64,000 bases of DNA from Gloeobacterales cyanobacterium (lineage in GTDB: Bacteria; Cyanobacteriota; Cyanobacteriia; Gloeobacterales; PMM-0068): NCBI GenBank assembly GCA_038245785.1, contig JBBRSB010000003.1, positions 96,001 to 160,000 on the forward strand, read 5' to 3'. Position numbers and translations under genes: made by a program. This document shows positions 1 to 10,892 of the stretch, piece by piece. Under the pieces are notes generated by a model that was given only the letters and a program-made list of their open reading frames with translations, did no database searches and was not told the origin of the DNA. Each line of letters begins with the position of its first letter. Within the stretch, counting starts at the first letter, position 1.

Positions 1-1
1 C

Positions 2-1132
2 GTTACGCCCTACGATGCTAGAAATGTAAGAAGTTGGTCAGGTATTCCGTACCATATGTCTCAGGCTTTCACCCATGGGGGCTCTGCCGTTGAATATATT
101 GGACCCTTGAAGAAAGAATTATTCTCGAAGCTTGCTCTTAGCTCTAAAAAGGCAGCCTATAAACTCTTAGGCAAAAAGTATCTCACTGATTGGGATAAGC
201 CAATTCTCAAAGGATATGCTCAACAGATATCAAAAATCCTTTCACAAAAAAAAGCAGATTTTATCTTAAGTACAATTAGCTATCCGTTTGCTTTCCTCGA
301 ATCTGATGCTCAATTTGGATTCTGGTGTGATGGAACCTATGCAGCTATGCTCGATTATTACCAGACTTATAAACACTGTTCTTCTGAAAGTATTGAAACA
401 GGTTTGGCTTTAGATAAGTCTATTTATCAGCGGTCAAAATTAGCTATATTTGCTTCTGATTGGGCTGCTAAGAGCGCCATTGATGATTATCAGCTAGATG
501 CGAGCAAAGTTCATGTTGTGCCTATGGGTGCAAATCTTGAATGTAATCGAAATACTCAAGACATAGAAGATATCATTAGGTCTCGGCCTCAAAATCAATG
601 TAATCTGCTATTTATTGGCATTGAATGGAATAGAAAAGGTGGCGCTGTAGCCTTTGAGGTTGCTCGAAAATTAAACGAATCAGGATTGAAAACCGAATTG
701 ACTATTGTTGGCTGTGAGCCAATAGTAGATGGCCCATTGCCAAACTATGTCAAGCCTTTAGGCTTTATTAGTAAGTCGACAGAAGAAGGTCGTAATCGCC
801 TTCATCAACTGTTTAAGGAATCACATTTTCTTATTGTTCCATCTAAAGCTGAGTGTTATGGAATCGTCTTTTGTGAGGCGAATTCCTATGGGTTGCCTTG
901 CCTTGCTACTACGACAGGAGGTATACCTACCATTATTAAAAATAATATCAATGGGCATACCTATGCTCTTGATGCCTCGATCGATGAATACTGCTCTTTT
1001 ATTACAGAGTTTTTTGGTAATAACAATAGATATACAAATCTAGCTTTATCTTCATTCAACGAGTATAAAACTCGCCTAAATTGGTCTGTAGCCACCAAAA
1101 CAGTTGAACGATTAATTCGAGCAGTGCGTTGA
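2..1132 (+). CDS. GT4 family glycosyltransferase, 5'-truncated by the window edge
   Basis: Frame is open from base 2 (VTPYDARNVRSWSGIPYHM...). GT4 motifs RKGG and PSKAECYGIVFCEA. Confidence 0.9.
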   Translation, partial: VTPYDARNVRSWSGIPYHMSQAFTHGGSAVEYIGPLKKELFSKLALSSKKAAYKLLGKKYLTDWDKPILKGYAQQISKILSQKKADFILSTISYPFAFLESDAQFGFWCDGTYAAMLDYYQTYKHCSSESIETGLALDKSIYQRSKLAIFASDWAAKSAIDDYQLDASKVHVVPMGANLECNRNTQDIEDIIRSRPQNQCNLLFIGIEWNRKGGAVAFEVARKLNESGLKTELTIVGCEPIVDGPLPNYVKPLGFISKSTEEGRNRLHQLFKESHFLIVPSKAECYGIVFCEANSYGLPCLATTTGGIPTIIKNNINGHTYALDASIDEYCSFITEFFGNNNRYTNLALSSFNEYKTRLNWSVATKTVERLIRAVR

Positions 1133-1180
1133 ACTAGCCTCCTACTTTCTATACAGATCAAATTCCCAATTGAAGTTTTC

Positions 1181-2611
1181 ATGACACGGATCGCCACATC
1201 AAAAATTGCTAGCAGCAGCCTATGGTTGGGTGGAAGCTTTGCCTTTGCCAAAGGATTCCAACTTATTTCTCAGGTTGTTCTTGCCCGCCTCCTCGCCCCC
1301 GAAGATTTCGGTATCTGGGCCATGGTTCTGATTTGGACGACTTTATCTGCCCTGTTCAAGGACACGTCTATCGCCCAAGTGTTGGTCCAAAGAGGGTTAG
1401 GTGACCAGAAGCGGGTGAATGCGGTCTATAGCCTGGGCGTTAACATCTCCGTTGGCATGTTTGTCCTGCAATCGCTGGCTGGATTTCCTCTATCCCAGTT
1501 TCTTGGGGTAGCTGTACTATGGCCTCTCACTGCTTGTACCGGCTTGGTTTTTCTGATCAGCGCTGGGACTGGCTCCCATGCAGCTGTCATGCAGCAGCAG
1601 ATGCGCTTCAAAGAGATTGCGATCTGTGATGCCATAGCCAGTTTGGCGAGACTGGCAGGTTCCCTCGCCTGTGCACTCTATGGTGGTGGAGTCTGGGCCT
1701 TTGCGGCGGGAGAACTGGCCGCTGCATTGACTGATTCCCTCCTCAAGCGTTGGCTGAGTGGCTACCGCTTTACTTATCACCTGATTCCAGATTCAGAGGC
1801 TCTTCGCGAGGTGCGGGGCTTTGTCAGCAGCATGGTGGGGATAAATCTGGCCGTTCAGGCCAATACAAACGGAGACAATTTAGTTATTGGTCGCTTGCTC
1901 GGAGCACAGGCACTCGGCTACTACAACCTTGCCTATCAACTAGCGATGCTACCTGTCTTTGCGCTATCGCAGATTAATCGGGTGAGCTTTTCCGTTCTAT
2001 CTTCTCTGGACAAGCCAGCCAAACAAGCGTACGTCTGTCAGGCCCTAGAGCTATACGCCATCTTGTCTGCTCCAATCTATGGAGTTGCCTTTGTGCTCTC
2101 TCCCTTACTTATTCCCTGGCTCTATGGACCTGCATGGACAGCAGCCGTATTAATTTTTCAGCTAGTACTGGTTTTTGCTTATGCACGGGGGTTTATGGGC
2201 ATTCTAGGAACAGCTTTGAATGCTCTGGATAGACCGGATACCAATGCGGCAATTAACTGGGCACTCGTGCCCCTTTCGATTCCTTCCTACCTGCTAGGAG
2301 CCTGGCTCGGGGGAACAACAGGAGTCGCCATTGCCGTAGCTATCGTTATGGGCATTGGAGCAACGATCTGGTTTTGGATAGCGACCTGTCGCGTGGCTGG
2401 CTGGAAACTGAGCACTTTCTTAGAGCCGGTTCTACTGCCCAGCTTAGTTGTGGTGATTGCGGTAGCGACGGTGACTATGACTTCCGTACCGATTATTTGG
2501 CAACCTCTGATTGTCCTCAGCATCTATGGGCTGAGCTTAGTTATATTTTCTTCCGGTCGGATTCCCCAGATGCTCTTCACCTTAGGGAGACGCGCTCTTG
2601 CAGACAAATAA
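1181..2611 (+). CDS. Polysaccharide flippase (Wzx/PST family)
   Basis: Multi-TM protein with VLARLLAPEDFG and IGRLLGAQALGYYNLAY motifs. Confidence 0.9.
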   Translation: MTRIATSKIASSSLWLGGSFAFAKGFQLISQVVLARLLAPEDFGIWAMVLIWTTLSALFKDTSIAQVLVQRGLGDQKRVNAVYSLGVNISVGMFVLQSLAGFPLSQFLGVAVLWPLTACTGLVFLISAGTGSHAAVMQQQMRFKEIAICDAIASLARLAGSLACALYGGGVWAFAAGELAAALTDSLLKRWLSGYRFTYHLIPDSEALREVRGFVSSMVGINLAVQANTNGDNLVIGRLLGAQALGYYNLAYQLAMLPVFALSQINRVSFSVLSSLDKPAKQAYVCQALELYAILSAPIYGVAFVLSPLLIPWLYGPAWTAAVLIFQLVLVFAYARGFMGILGTALNALDRPDTNAAINWALVPLSIPSYLLGAWLGGTTGVAIAVAIVMGIGATIWFWIATCRVAGWKLSTFLEPVLLPSLVVVIAVATVTMTSVPIIWQPLIVLSIYGLSLVIFSSGRIPQMLFTLGRRALADK

Positions 2612-3725
2612 AGACAATCAAGCTGTTGAGATAGGTTCAGTTGCAGTGCTTGAACAACCCTCTAGCCAAGCAAGCCGGAGGTTGTTCTTCCTGGATTTAC
2701 TTAAAGCAGTCTGTATCACAGCCGTGGTTTCGTACCATGCTGTCTTTGTTCCTCGGACAAGCTATACAGACAGTCTAAATCTGATGGAAGTACTCTTTGC
2801 ACCTTTACGATTCTGTGTGCCAGTTCTTCTCACCATTTCCTTTCTTCTATTCGAGCGGGGGATGGCACGTCAGGTTGGCCCTGTCTGGCCTTCCTTGCGT
2901 AAGCGCCTCATGCGGCTTGCCATTCCTACGGTCTTCTGGTTTAGCTTAGTGCTCTGTTTAAAGGCATTTAGGGGCAGCACCCCAGAAGAACTCATCGGTG
3001 AAGTATTGAGCGGAAACATTTTCCAGGGAGCCTACTATCTCTTAGTCCTGTTCCAGTTTGTACTGGTCTTTCCCTGGATAAGGAACTGGTTCGGTCAACT
3101 TAGAAATGTTGTGATTACGGTTTTTCTCCAATTTTCAGTCTTTCTCTCCATCTATGCGCTCCTTTTACAGGACAACGAATCACAGGTACTCATAGCACTC
3201 AAAAGTATCGGGCGACCCAATTTCATTTATTGGTTAGTTTACATGGCTCTGGGGGTATACTTTGCTAGGCATTTGCCTCAAGCTATAGACTTCTCTAGGC
3301 GTCTTTCCCAGAAGAGAAAAACACTTCTGCTGGGGGGTACCGCTGTGCTGATGGGCCTTGAGTATCACTGGTTACTATCGGCTACGAAGGGGTCCGTCCC
3401 ACCCTTCGACTATGTCCTAGTAACCTGTGTGCTGAGCGTTCTAGTCGCCTTTCTTTGCTTTGCCTGTGTAGAAGAAACGCAGCTACCCGCACCAGTGACT
3501 AAAGCGGTCTCACTACTCGCGAACTATAGCCTTGGGATCTTTTGCTGCAACGGGATCTTAAGTGAGGTTTTCCTTTCACTCGGGACTCACGCATTCGCTG
3601 GGGCAACATTCGATTTTCCTGTTATCTTCTTGCTGAAATTGGCAGGTTGGGGTTTCCTTCTTACTGTTTCACTCGGGCTATCCATACTGTTGGACCGCTT
3701 GGGTCTGGGTGTTTGCGTTCGTTAG
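2598..3725 (+). CDS. Membrane acyltransferase family 3 (OafA-like)
   Basis: LDLLKAVCITAVVSYH, RFCVPV, KRLMRLAIP and YSLGIF motifs; about 10 TM segments. Confidence 0.85.
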   Translation: MQTNKDNQAVEIGSVAVLEQPSSQASRRLFFLDLLKAVCITAVVSYHAVFVPRTSYTDSLNLMEVLFAPLRFCVPVLLTISFLLFERGMARQVGPVWPSLRKRLMRLAIPTVFWFSLVLCLKAFRGSTPEELIGEVLSGNIFQGAYYLLVLFQFVLVFPWIRNWFGQLRNVVITVFLQFSVFLSIYALLLQDNESQVLIALKSIGRPNFIYWLVYMALGVYFARHLPQAIDFSRRLSQKRKTLLLGGTAVLMGLEYHWLLSATKGSVPPFDYVLVTCVLSVLVAFLCFACVEETQLPAPVTKAVSLLANYSLGIFCCNGILSEVFLSLGTHAFAGATFDFPVIFLLKLAGWGFLLTVSLGLSILLDRLGLGVCVR

Positions 3726-3754
3726 TTTTTGTTCTTCATTAGAGATCAATTGTC

Positions 3755-4204
3755 ATGAAACTAGTACTGGTTTGCAATCCAGGGGGTCATTTTTCGACCA
3801 TGCTGGGGCTCGAAGAACTATGGTCTAAACATCAGCGTGAGTGGGTCACGTATTCCCGAGCTGATACAGAAAAACTTCGGGGTAAAGAAGTAGTCCACTG
3901 GGTCATCAAACAGGAAGCAAGAAAAACTGGCAGTACCCTAGTGAATTTTTGGAAAGCACTATGGATTCTGCACAAGAGTCGGCCAGATTTAGTCATTTCA
4001 ACAGGGTCGAGCTTAGCCGTTCCCTTTATATTTGCCAGCAAGTTATTCGGTATCAAGACTATTTTTGTGGAAAGTATCTCACGTTCCTATGACTTAAGTC
4101 TGGCAGGGAAACTAGTTTACAAAATAGTCGATGAAATTTATGTTCAATGGCCGGAGTGTTCTCAAAGTTATCCAAAAGCTCAATACAGGGGGATGGTTCT
4201 ATGA
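3755..4204 (+). CDS. Alg14/PssD(Cps14F)-like glycosyltransferase subunit
   Basis: NPGGH, PDLVISTG, FVESISR and VQWP motifs. Confidence 0.9.
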   Translation: MKLVLVCNPGGHFSTMLGLEELWSKHQREWVTYSRADTEKLRGKEVVHWVIKQEARKTGSTLVNFWKALWILHKSRPDLVISTGSSLAVPFIFASKLFGIKTIFVESISRSYDLSLAGKLVYKIVDEIYVQWPECSQSYPKAQYRGMVL

Positions 4205-4680
4205 TTTTCTTTACCTTGGGAACTGCTTCTTTCCCCTTTGATCGTTCTATTCTTTGGTTAGAAAAATTACTAACACAAGAAATTATTAAGGAGCCTGTAT
4301 TACTACAGCATGGAATAACTCCAGTTCGTTTACAACATCCTCTCTTGACTGCAGTGGCTTCCCTCAGTCCCGATGAGATGTATAAGGCTGTGAGCAAATC
4401 CTCTTTGGTCGTATCTCACGCGGGTCAGGGTTCAACGCGTATGTTAGCCCAAAGGGGGGCTAGTTTTGTACTTTTACCCCGACTGAAAAAATTTGGAGAA
4501 CACATAGATGACCATCAATTGCTGTTTGCTACGGCGGTAGAGAAACTGGGAGTGAACTACTGTATAAAAATTGAAGATCTGACCCGATATATACAACACC
4601 CACCCCGGCCTTTCAAAGGTGAATTATTACAGGCACCTTCTTTGGCTAGTTATCTTTCCTCACGCTTTGTGACTGCCTAA
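4201..4680 (+). CDS. Alg13/PssE(Cps14G)-like glycosyltransferase subunit (GT28 C-terminal type)
   Basis: MIFFTLGT, SHAGQGS and PRLKKFGEHIDDHQ motifs. The ATG at 4201 overlaps the upstream stop (ATGA). Confidence 0.9.
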   Translation: MIFFTLGTASFPFDRSILWLEKLLTQEIIKEPVLLQHGITPVRLQHPLLTAVASLSPDEMYKAVSKSSLVVSHAGQGSTRMLAQRGASFVLLPRLKKFGEHIDDHQLLFATAVEKLGVNYCIKIEDLTRYIQHPPRPFKGELLQAPSLASYLSSRFVTA

Positions 4681-4839
4681 GAAATTAGATCTAACTGGCT
4701 CAAGGGTAATAGCAAAGCAGATCATTCTTCTATCAGCAGTGAGCACTAGAATTTTCTTGGCAGGAGCCCGTTAAGGGCCTATTGAGTGACGGATCTTTGG
4801 AGATCTTTAATGTCCGTCCAATGTTCTTCTTATCCATAG

Positions 4840-5979
4840 GTGTTCAACATGCAAGTTGCAATCGTTCATGATTATCTGAATCAATTCGGAGGTGCCGAGC
4901 GGGTCGTTTGTGAACTAGCTAACCTTTACCAGGAAGCTCCTATCTACACTTCCCTCTACCACCCAGAGTTTACCTGGCCAGAATTAAAAGAGGCTTCCAT
5001 CCAGACTTCCTGGTTACAAAACTTGCCCCTTAGTCATAAGTATTTCAAGCTCCTCTTACCCCTATATCCATTCGTTTTCGATGGAATGAAGCTTTCTGGC
5101 TACGATGTCGTTCTCTCTTCCTCCAGTTCCTTCGCCAAAGGGGTTCAGTGTGATGAAGGAACGATTCACATTTGTTATTGTCATTCTCCAACCCGCTTTT
5201 TGTGGTTCTATGACGAATACGTGCGTTTGGAAAAGCATGTTTCTAGCATCAAACCATTGCTCATGCCTATAGTTGATCTTCTACGCAATTGGGACTTAGT
5301 GGCTTGCCATCGACCTGACTATTACATTGCCAACTCTTCAGCGGTACAAAAGCGCATCCGCAAAATCTATCACCGGGACTCCTGTGTTATTCATCCTCCT
5401 ATTGATGTAGAGCGGTTCCAAGTTAGTAAACGTGATGAGGGTTACTACTTGATTGTCTCTCGCTTGAATGCATACAAACGTATAGATCTGGTAGTACAGG
5501 CTTTTAACGAGTTAGATTTGCCCTTGGTGATTATCGGTGATGGTCCCCACCGTGGGGCCTTAGAGGCGATGGCAAAACCAAATATTCACTTTACGGGTCG
5601 TCTACCCGATCAGGAAGTCACTCAGTATTTTCAAGATTGCCGAGCATTTCTTTTCCCAGGAGAAGAAGACTTTGGGATCACGCCCTTAGAGGCTAACGCT
5701 TGTGGCAAACCTGTCATTGCATATGGCGCAGGAGGGGCTCTAGACAGCATCACAGAAGGGCTCAACGGTGTGTTTTTTCGCGATCAAACAGTACCAGCGC
5801 TTAAAGAGGCAGTACTGGCCAGTTTAGAGATAGTCTGGGACCCCAGAGCAATTCGCACACACGCTGAGCGTTTCAGTCCAGAGGTATTTCAAAAGAAGAT
5901 TGCGCAGTTTGTTTCTCAAATTGTGATGAATAGGGCAGTAGAATATGCACCGATTCCATCAGTTTTCAGGACCACTTAG
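4840..5979 (+). CDS. GT4 glycosyltransferase (mannosyltransferase-like)
   Basis: HDYLNQFGGAERV, YCHSPTR and EEDFGITPLEA motifs. Confidence 0.9.
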   Translation: MFNMQVAIVHDYLNQFGGAERVVCELANLYQEAPIYTSLYHPEFTWPELKEASIQTSWLQNLPLSHKYFKLLLPLYPFVFDGMKLSGYDVVLSSSSSFAKGVQCDEGTIHICYCHSPTRFLWFYDEYVRLEKHVSSIKPLLMPIVDLLRNWDLVACHRPDYYIANSSAVQKRIRKIYHRDSCVIHPPIDVERFQVSKRDEGYYLIVSRLNAYKRIDLVVQAFNELDLPLVIIGDGPHRGALEAMAKPNIHFTGRLPDQEVTQYFQDCRAFLFPGEEDFGITPLEANACGKPVIAYGAGGALDSITEGLNGVFFRDQTVPALKEAVLASLEIVWDPRAIRTHAERFSPEVFQKKIAQFVSQIVMNRAVEYAPIPSVFRTT

Positions 5980-6341
5980 TGCGCCTTCGAAAGCATTGAA
6001 CAAAATAGATTCACTGTCCTTATAGATAGTAATGACTATTAATGGACATTCCGCAGCTACCTGTTTTTACTGCCGTTTAGACACAAGCACCACGAGAAAT
6101 CACACATGTCCCCTAGAAAAGTTCTACTTGCCCTAGTTTGGGCCACAGGTACACTTTTATCCTCATCTTTATTCGCCCAGAAACCAAGGATCCCAAACAT
6201 GCCCAGCGCGTACAGCAAGCTGAACAAGAACAGTTAAAACATGCTCAGACGGGACGTTAAGCATACTCAAAGGATTGTCATGCAAAGCCTATCTGCTTCC
6301 GCAAGCGATTGGGCTTTCCTCGCCGGATATACAGTCGCTGC
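5977..6341 (+). repeat. Copy 1 of a dispersed mini-cassette (upstream region, DPNH-repeat gene, downstream hairpin)
   Basis: Aligns by eye with 12258-13012: tagtgcgc...ttgaacaa..agattcac.gtccttatagatag.aatgac; gagaaatcacacatgtc; ttgggctt.cctcgccgga. Confidence 0.85.
6106..6260 (+). pseudogene. Frameshifted single-repeat paralog of the secreted DPNH-repeat protein
   Basis: MSPRKVLLALVWATGTLLSSSLFAQ, then a 2-nt insertion (AA at 6181-6182). The shifted frame reads TKDPKHAQRVQQAEQEQLKHAQTGR*. Confidence 0.8.
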
Positions 6342-6380
6342 GTTGAATTGATATCTTGTCCGCTGTGCTACTTCAACAAA

Positions 6381-7802
6381 ATGGATAGACCCATGGTTAA
6401 TTCTTCGATTAATTCGTCGCCCATAGACGCACTTACAGATCTTCGTTCCCCAATGATTGCCCGCTTTCGGTCCGGAATGAGTGCTAGCGGCTTTAGAGTG
6501 ATGACGCTCATCGTGCTCGATAGTATCTTGCTTCTCACTGCTTGGGCTATGGTGAAAGGCTCACTCGGTATTATGTCGAGTCTCTTACTTGTTCTAAGTA
6601 TCAGCCTTCTCGCCGTCAGCGGACTTTACGAGTCAGGTAACGCTCGACGCAACTATTTCAGCCTTTTTAAGCCCTTGACCCTCGTACAACTGATTCACCT
6701 TTTTTATGCGCAAGCCCTGAACATACCGTTGGTAAGTTTGAGTCTTTGGGGCAGTTGGTTATTGGGCATTGTTTTTGTTTGTGCAGGTCGTCTTGGGCTA
6801 GATGCGATCGTCGGTAATCTGCGGAGTCAGGGTGAAGCTCGCTACCCTGCTTTTCTTATAGGAACATCGGCAGACCTTGCTCAGACGGCTAAACTACTGG
6901 AGCAGGATGGACGATATGTCTTACAGGGTCAAGCAGATGTTCTATATGTGGATCGAAACCGTTGGAATAGAACGCTCGAGAGAATCCAAAGCCTCGGTGT
7001 TACTGAAGTTTTTGTTTCCAATTGGAGTGCTATTAAAGACCCTCTATTTCTTTACTGGAACTTGCAAACTAGCGGTATTTCGCTAACCATTCTGCCGATT
7101 GGTCCTATCGGTTTAGAAGTGCCCCATCAACGTTCACAAATGCTTATGGTGGCAGGCTTACCAGCGCTGCGTTTTCGTCCACCTCTAATTACAGGGACCA
7201 ATTTTTGGGTAAAGCGCTGCTTTGATTTTTTTGTAGCTTCTCTTCTATTGCTGTTGATATCTCCATTGCTGATAGCAATTGCCCTATGTATTAAGCTGAA
7301 CTCAGCAGGACCAGTCTTCTTTAACCAGACTCGCATTGGGCTCCATGGTCAACCATTCAAGGTTTGGAAATTCCGTACCATGGTGAGTAATGCTGAACAA
7401 CTATTCAAGGAGCTTGAAGCCCAAAATCAGAGTAAAGATGGAGTACTTTTCAAGCTCAAGGAAGACCCGCGAGTAACTAAAGTAGGAAGTTTTTTGCGCC
7501 AATACAGTCTTGATGAACTACCCCAGCTCTTCAATATACTCTTTGGTCAGATGAGCTTAGTTGGTCCTCGTCCTTTTTCCACCCGTGATGCTGGAAAGTT
7601 GTCTGCTCATCACGCTGATCGGCATATAGTACTCCCTGGCATAACAGGTTTGTGGCAGGTTTCAGGTCGTTCTGACGCGATGGATATTGATCACGTCGTC
7701 CGTTTGGATGTTAGCTACATTCAGAATTGGTCTTTATGGTTAGATTTCAAAATACTGCTACGGACGATTCTTGTAGTGCTGCGGAAAGAGGGAGCTTATT
7801 AA
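6381..7802 (+). CDS. Priming sugar transferase (WcaJ/WbaP-like polyprenyl glycosylphosphotransferase)
   Basis: [31 protein letters not shown] and [10 protein letters not shown] motifs. Start placed at ATG 6381 (or 6393) rather than TTG 6309. Confidence 0.9.
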   Translation: MDRPMVNSSINSSPIDALTDLRSPMIARFRSGMSASGFRVMTLIVLDSILLLTAWAMVKGSLGIMSSLLLVLSISLLAVSGLYESGNARRNYFSLFKPLTLVQLIHLFYAQALNIPLVSLSLWGSWLLGIVFVCAGRLGLDAIVGNLRSQGEARYPAFLIGTSADLAQTAKLLEQDGRYVLQGQADVLYVDRNRWNRTLERIQSLGVTEVFVSNWSAIKDPLFLYWNLQTSGISLTILPIGPIGLEVPHQRSQMLMVAGLPALRFRPPLITGTNFWVKRCFDFFVASLLLLLISPLLIAIALCIKLNSAGPVFFNQTRIGLHGQPFKVWKFRTMVSNAEQLFKELEAQNQSKDGVLFKLKEDPRVTKVGSFLRQYSLDELPQLFNILFGQMSLVGPRPFSTRDAGKLSAHHADRHIVLPGITGLWQVSGRSDAMDIDHVVRLDVSYIQNWSLWLDFKILLRTILVVLRKEGAY

Positions 7803-7873
7803 ACTGATGGCTCCAGTCGAGCTTGGAAAAAACGGGGGACTACTGTGGAAGCATTTGGTTATAGTTATGCCCT

Positions 7874-9355
7874 ATGCAGGGCGCTCTTCGTTTCAAGGAA
7901 TTATCCCTGTTGAAATCTCCTCTTGCTGGATTATACTTTACGCTAGCGACCCTCGCTTGCCTTCATGCCACCCCACTACACGCTGCGATCCTGGTCGATG
8001 GGGCCCAAGTCCTGCGCTCCCGTCCTCTTACCATCGGTGGGGTTGGCATCAATGCCCACAGTCCTGACTTTGCCACTAACAGCAACGATATCAATTATCA
8101 GGGCGATCTCAAGGCCGCAGGCATTAAACTGGTCCGTTCGTTAAGCTATCCAGACAAGCGTAAGCCTGAACATGACTTGAGCTATTTCGACCGCAATGCC
8201 AAGGCAATCATCGCAGCAGGCGCTATTCCTCTATCTATTCAGTACATCAAGCCCGGCCTGCCCTACCTGACAGAGGATGGTTCGCCTGGAGGCACCGTCG
8301 AGTCGAATCTGGTTTTCCTAGTCAAGCACTACATGGAGCCGCCCTTCAATCTGAAGACTCAGTACTGGGAGATCGGCAATGAGCCAAATCTGGGAATCGA
8401 TTACAAAGTCTCAAATCCCCAAGAGTACTCCGATATTTTTAACCGCTGTCACGATGCCCTAGTCAAAGCAAAGGTACGCGAGAACGTAGTACTGGCTGGT
8501 CCGGTGGTGGCCTATCCCTATCGTTGGCCCCGAGCCGATAGCGATGGCACTCAGATTATGGACTACTTCCTCAGCCACAATAGCCGCAGCGTAGACGTTG
8601 TGACCTACCATAGCTATTCCGGGGGCCTGACAACGAACGCGCTACTGAATGTCCCGCACAAACTGGACAATTTAGAAAACAGTGCCCGACCTCTTACCAG
8701 CACGACCAACTATGGGATGGCAGCACTGCTAGCTCGTATGCAGCAGGAAAAGTTTGGTCGACCCCATGTTGGTGTCGGGGTTACGGAGCACAACGCCACT
8801 TCATTTCAGCACGAAATCAGCTCGGGTCTTTGGAACCTCGCGTTGATCCACTACTATCTCTACAATCCTTTGGGCCAGATAACTACAGCCTTCGTCTTCG
8901 ATGATTACGGTCGGCAACAGGGTGGGTTCGGTTTCTATGATACTAACAAGCAGAAGGACTACAACTATTGGGCCTTGTGGATAGCAAACCAACTGCATGG
9001 TTCCCAAGTACTCGCGCAGACGACTACAGACAACCTAAATATCAGTGGGCAGCCAAATCTACTGGTCACCGCAACTAAGGACAGCGACAAACTGTACCTC
9101 GAAGTGATTAATCGCAGCGACAAGCCAATTCAGGATCATGTGGAGATCAGGGATGCCAGTCTCGCTGGTCCTGCAACCCTATTCACAATGCGTGACGGCG
9201 TACAGCCCAACACCGGGCAGCCAACCAATCTGCGTGAACGTTTTGACTACCAGTTTCTCCCTCTTTCAGCGGTAGTCTTCAAGTATCCTCTCGCCATGCC
9301 GATTCCAAAGCAACGGGCGAAACCAGCCAAGGACCTCCGACTGAAACGCAGGTAA
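7874..9355 (+). CDS. Secreted clan GH-A glycoside hydrolase-like protein (GH39/GH51-like)
   Basis: Signal peptide ending ...PLHA; YWEIGNEPN acid/base motif; VTEHN nucleophile-like motif; C-terminal beta-sandwich. Confidence 0.7.
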   Translation: MQGALRFKELSLLKSPLAGLYFTLATLACLHATPLHAAILVDGAQVLRSRPLTIGGVGINAHSPDFATNSNDINYQGDLKAAGIKLVRSLSYPDKRKPEHDLSYFDRNAKAIIAAGAIPLSIQYIKPGLPYLTEDGSPGGTVESNLVFLVKHYMEPPFNLKTQYWEIGNEPNLGIDYKVSNPQEYSDIFNRCHDALVKAKVRENVVLAGPVVAYPYRWPRADSDGTQIMDYFLSHNSRSVDVVTYHSYSGGLTTNALLNVPHKLDNLENSARPLTSTTNYGMAALLARMQQEKFGRPHVGVGVTEHNATSFQHEISSGLWNLALIHYYLYNPLGQITTAFVFDDYGRQQGGFGFYDTNKQKDYNYWALWIANQLHGSQVLAQTTTDNLNISGQPNLLVTATKDSDKLYLEVINRSDKPIQDHVEIRDASLAGPATLFTMRDGVQPNTGQPTNLRERFDYQFLPLSAVVFKYPLAMPIPKQRAKPAKDLRLKRR

Positions 9356-9591
9356 TCCTGAGCTTCCCCTCAGCTGATCGGAATGTCCCGAGGAGGATCT
9401 CTCCACTCGTTCGAGTCGGGAGCGAAAGGTAGGTTATTCCCCAAGACTGAAACCGACATCTTTGGTCCGCATGTACCAAAGTTTCTACAGGTCTGTCATC
9501 TATGTTGCTGTAGGCTTGCTGCCTCATGTCGAGCAGTCTTGCTTTGTTGTAAATGGGTTCACTAGGCCTCTTTATTTAGGAAACGCAAAAG

Positions 9592-10734
9592 TTGCAAAAC
9601 CCCACAAAACCGCGCCAGTTTTTTAGTGCATTTGAATCGCTCAGAGGCATTGCAGCCCTTATCGTCGCTATGTACCACATCTCATGGATAAATCCGACCT
9701 ATACGTGGGGATTCATCCGACATGGGTATCTGATGGTAGATTTTTTCTTTGTACTGTCTGGTTTTGTGATTTGCCTGAATTACAGTAATACTCTGCAGAG
9801 TCTTTCAGACCTCAAGCGGTTCATCTGGCTGCGCGCCGGGAGACTTTATCCACTACACTTCGTCACTCTTCTTTTTGCATTAGGGATTGAAACTTTAACT
9901 TTTATTGCTGAAAAGACAATGTCTTTATCATCTCCCCAACCAGCATTTTCAGTTAATAATTTTGCAGCATTTCTTGGAAACTTAACCTTGACTCAGTCCT
10001 TGGGATTTTTCAATAAATACACATTCAATGAAACAAGTTGGAGTATCTCTACAGAATTTTACACATATTTAGTTTTCTCGCTCTTACTTCTACTGAATAG
10101 AAAACTATTTGTGCTTTCTTCTTTTTTGATGGTAGTAGCCACTGCACTATTTCTCTTCTCTATAAACCCGACTTCGATTAAACATGAATATGATTTTGGA
10201 TTTATAAGGTGTATATTTGGATTCTTCGTCGGAGTTGTCTGCTGCCTTGTTTATTCGAAATTTCCGACACTCTTGAAAAACAAATCTTTACTATATATAC
10301 TAATCGGATCAAGCTTAGGAGGCATCCTCACAACGGTAAGTATGGGAAACAATGACTATCTTTTTGTTGGTTTTTGCTTTCTTTTAGTTTTTTCAATTTC
10401 GGTAGGCACAAACACCAATCTGAAATTTCAATTTTTGGAACATCGTTATCTGCTCTTTCTAGGTAAGATTTCTTATTCGGTTTACATGTTAAGCTTCACA
10501 TTTCAGTGGTTTTTCAAAGCATTTTTGATCTTTGCACTTAAAGTGCCGAAGACAGTAAATCCATCAGGCGGTAGATGGATAGTGCAAACTGATTCTGTTA
10601 CAGGTACTGCCGCAACCATCATCTACTTAGTTTTGCTATTGCTTGCTGCCAAATTCTTGTTTGAATTGGTAGAAGATCCTTTCCGCAAGAAGTCAAAAGA
10701 GTTGGCAAACAAGTGGCTTCCTAAAGAAGCATAG
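9592..10734 (+). CDS. Membrane acyltransferase family 3
   Basis: ESLRGIAAL, VDFFFVLSGF, WSISTEFYTY and LGKISYSVY motifs. Confidence 0.9.
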   Translation: MQNPTKPRQFFSAFESLRGIAALIVAMYHISWINPTYTWGFIRHGYLMVDFFFVLSGFVICLNYSNTLQSLSDLKRFIWLRAGRLYPLHFVTLLFALGIETLTFIAEKTMSLSSPQPAFSVNNFAAFLGNLTLTQSLGFFNKYTFNETSWSISTEFYTYLVFSLLLLLNRKLFVLSSFLMVVATALFLFSINPTSIKHEYDFGFIRCIFGFFVGVVCCLVYSKFPTLLKNKSLLYILIGSSLGGILTTVSMGNNDYLFVGFCFLLVFSISVGTNTNLKFQFLEHRYLLFLGKISYSVYMLSFTFQWFFKAFLIFALKVPKTVNPSGGRWIVQTDSVTGTAATIIYLVLLLLAAKFLFELVEDPFRKKSKELANKWLPKEA

Positions 10735-10892
10735 CCTGTATTAGAGTCAGGACTTTACAATTGGATACGAACAATTTGCTGCTCTCGATCAGTGATGTGT
10801 GAATAACATTGGGACTTTGAGTCGGCGAGTCGGCATCCATGGGCTGAGGCGAAACTTGGACATTCTGAAAGCACTTCAGCCCATGGACACTT

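Noticed and set aside
6309..6380. N-terminal extension of the priming transferase from TTG 6309
   Set aside because: Lies within the 3' hairpin of the duplicated cassette; ATG 6381/6393 is more plausible.
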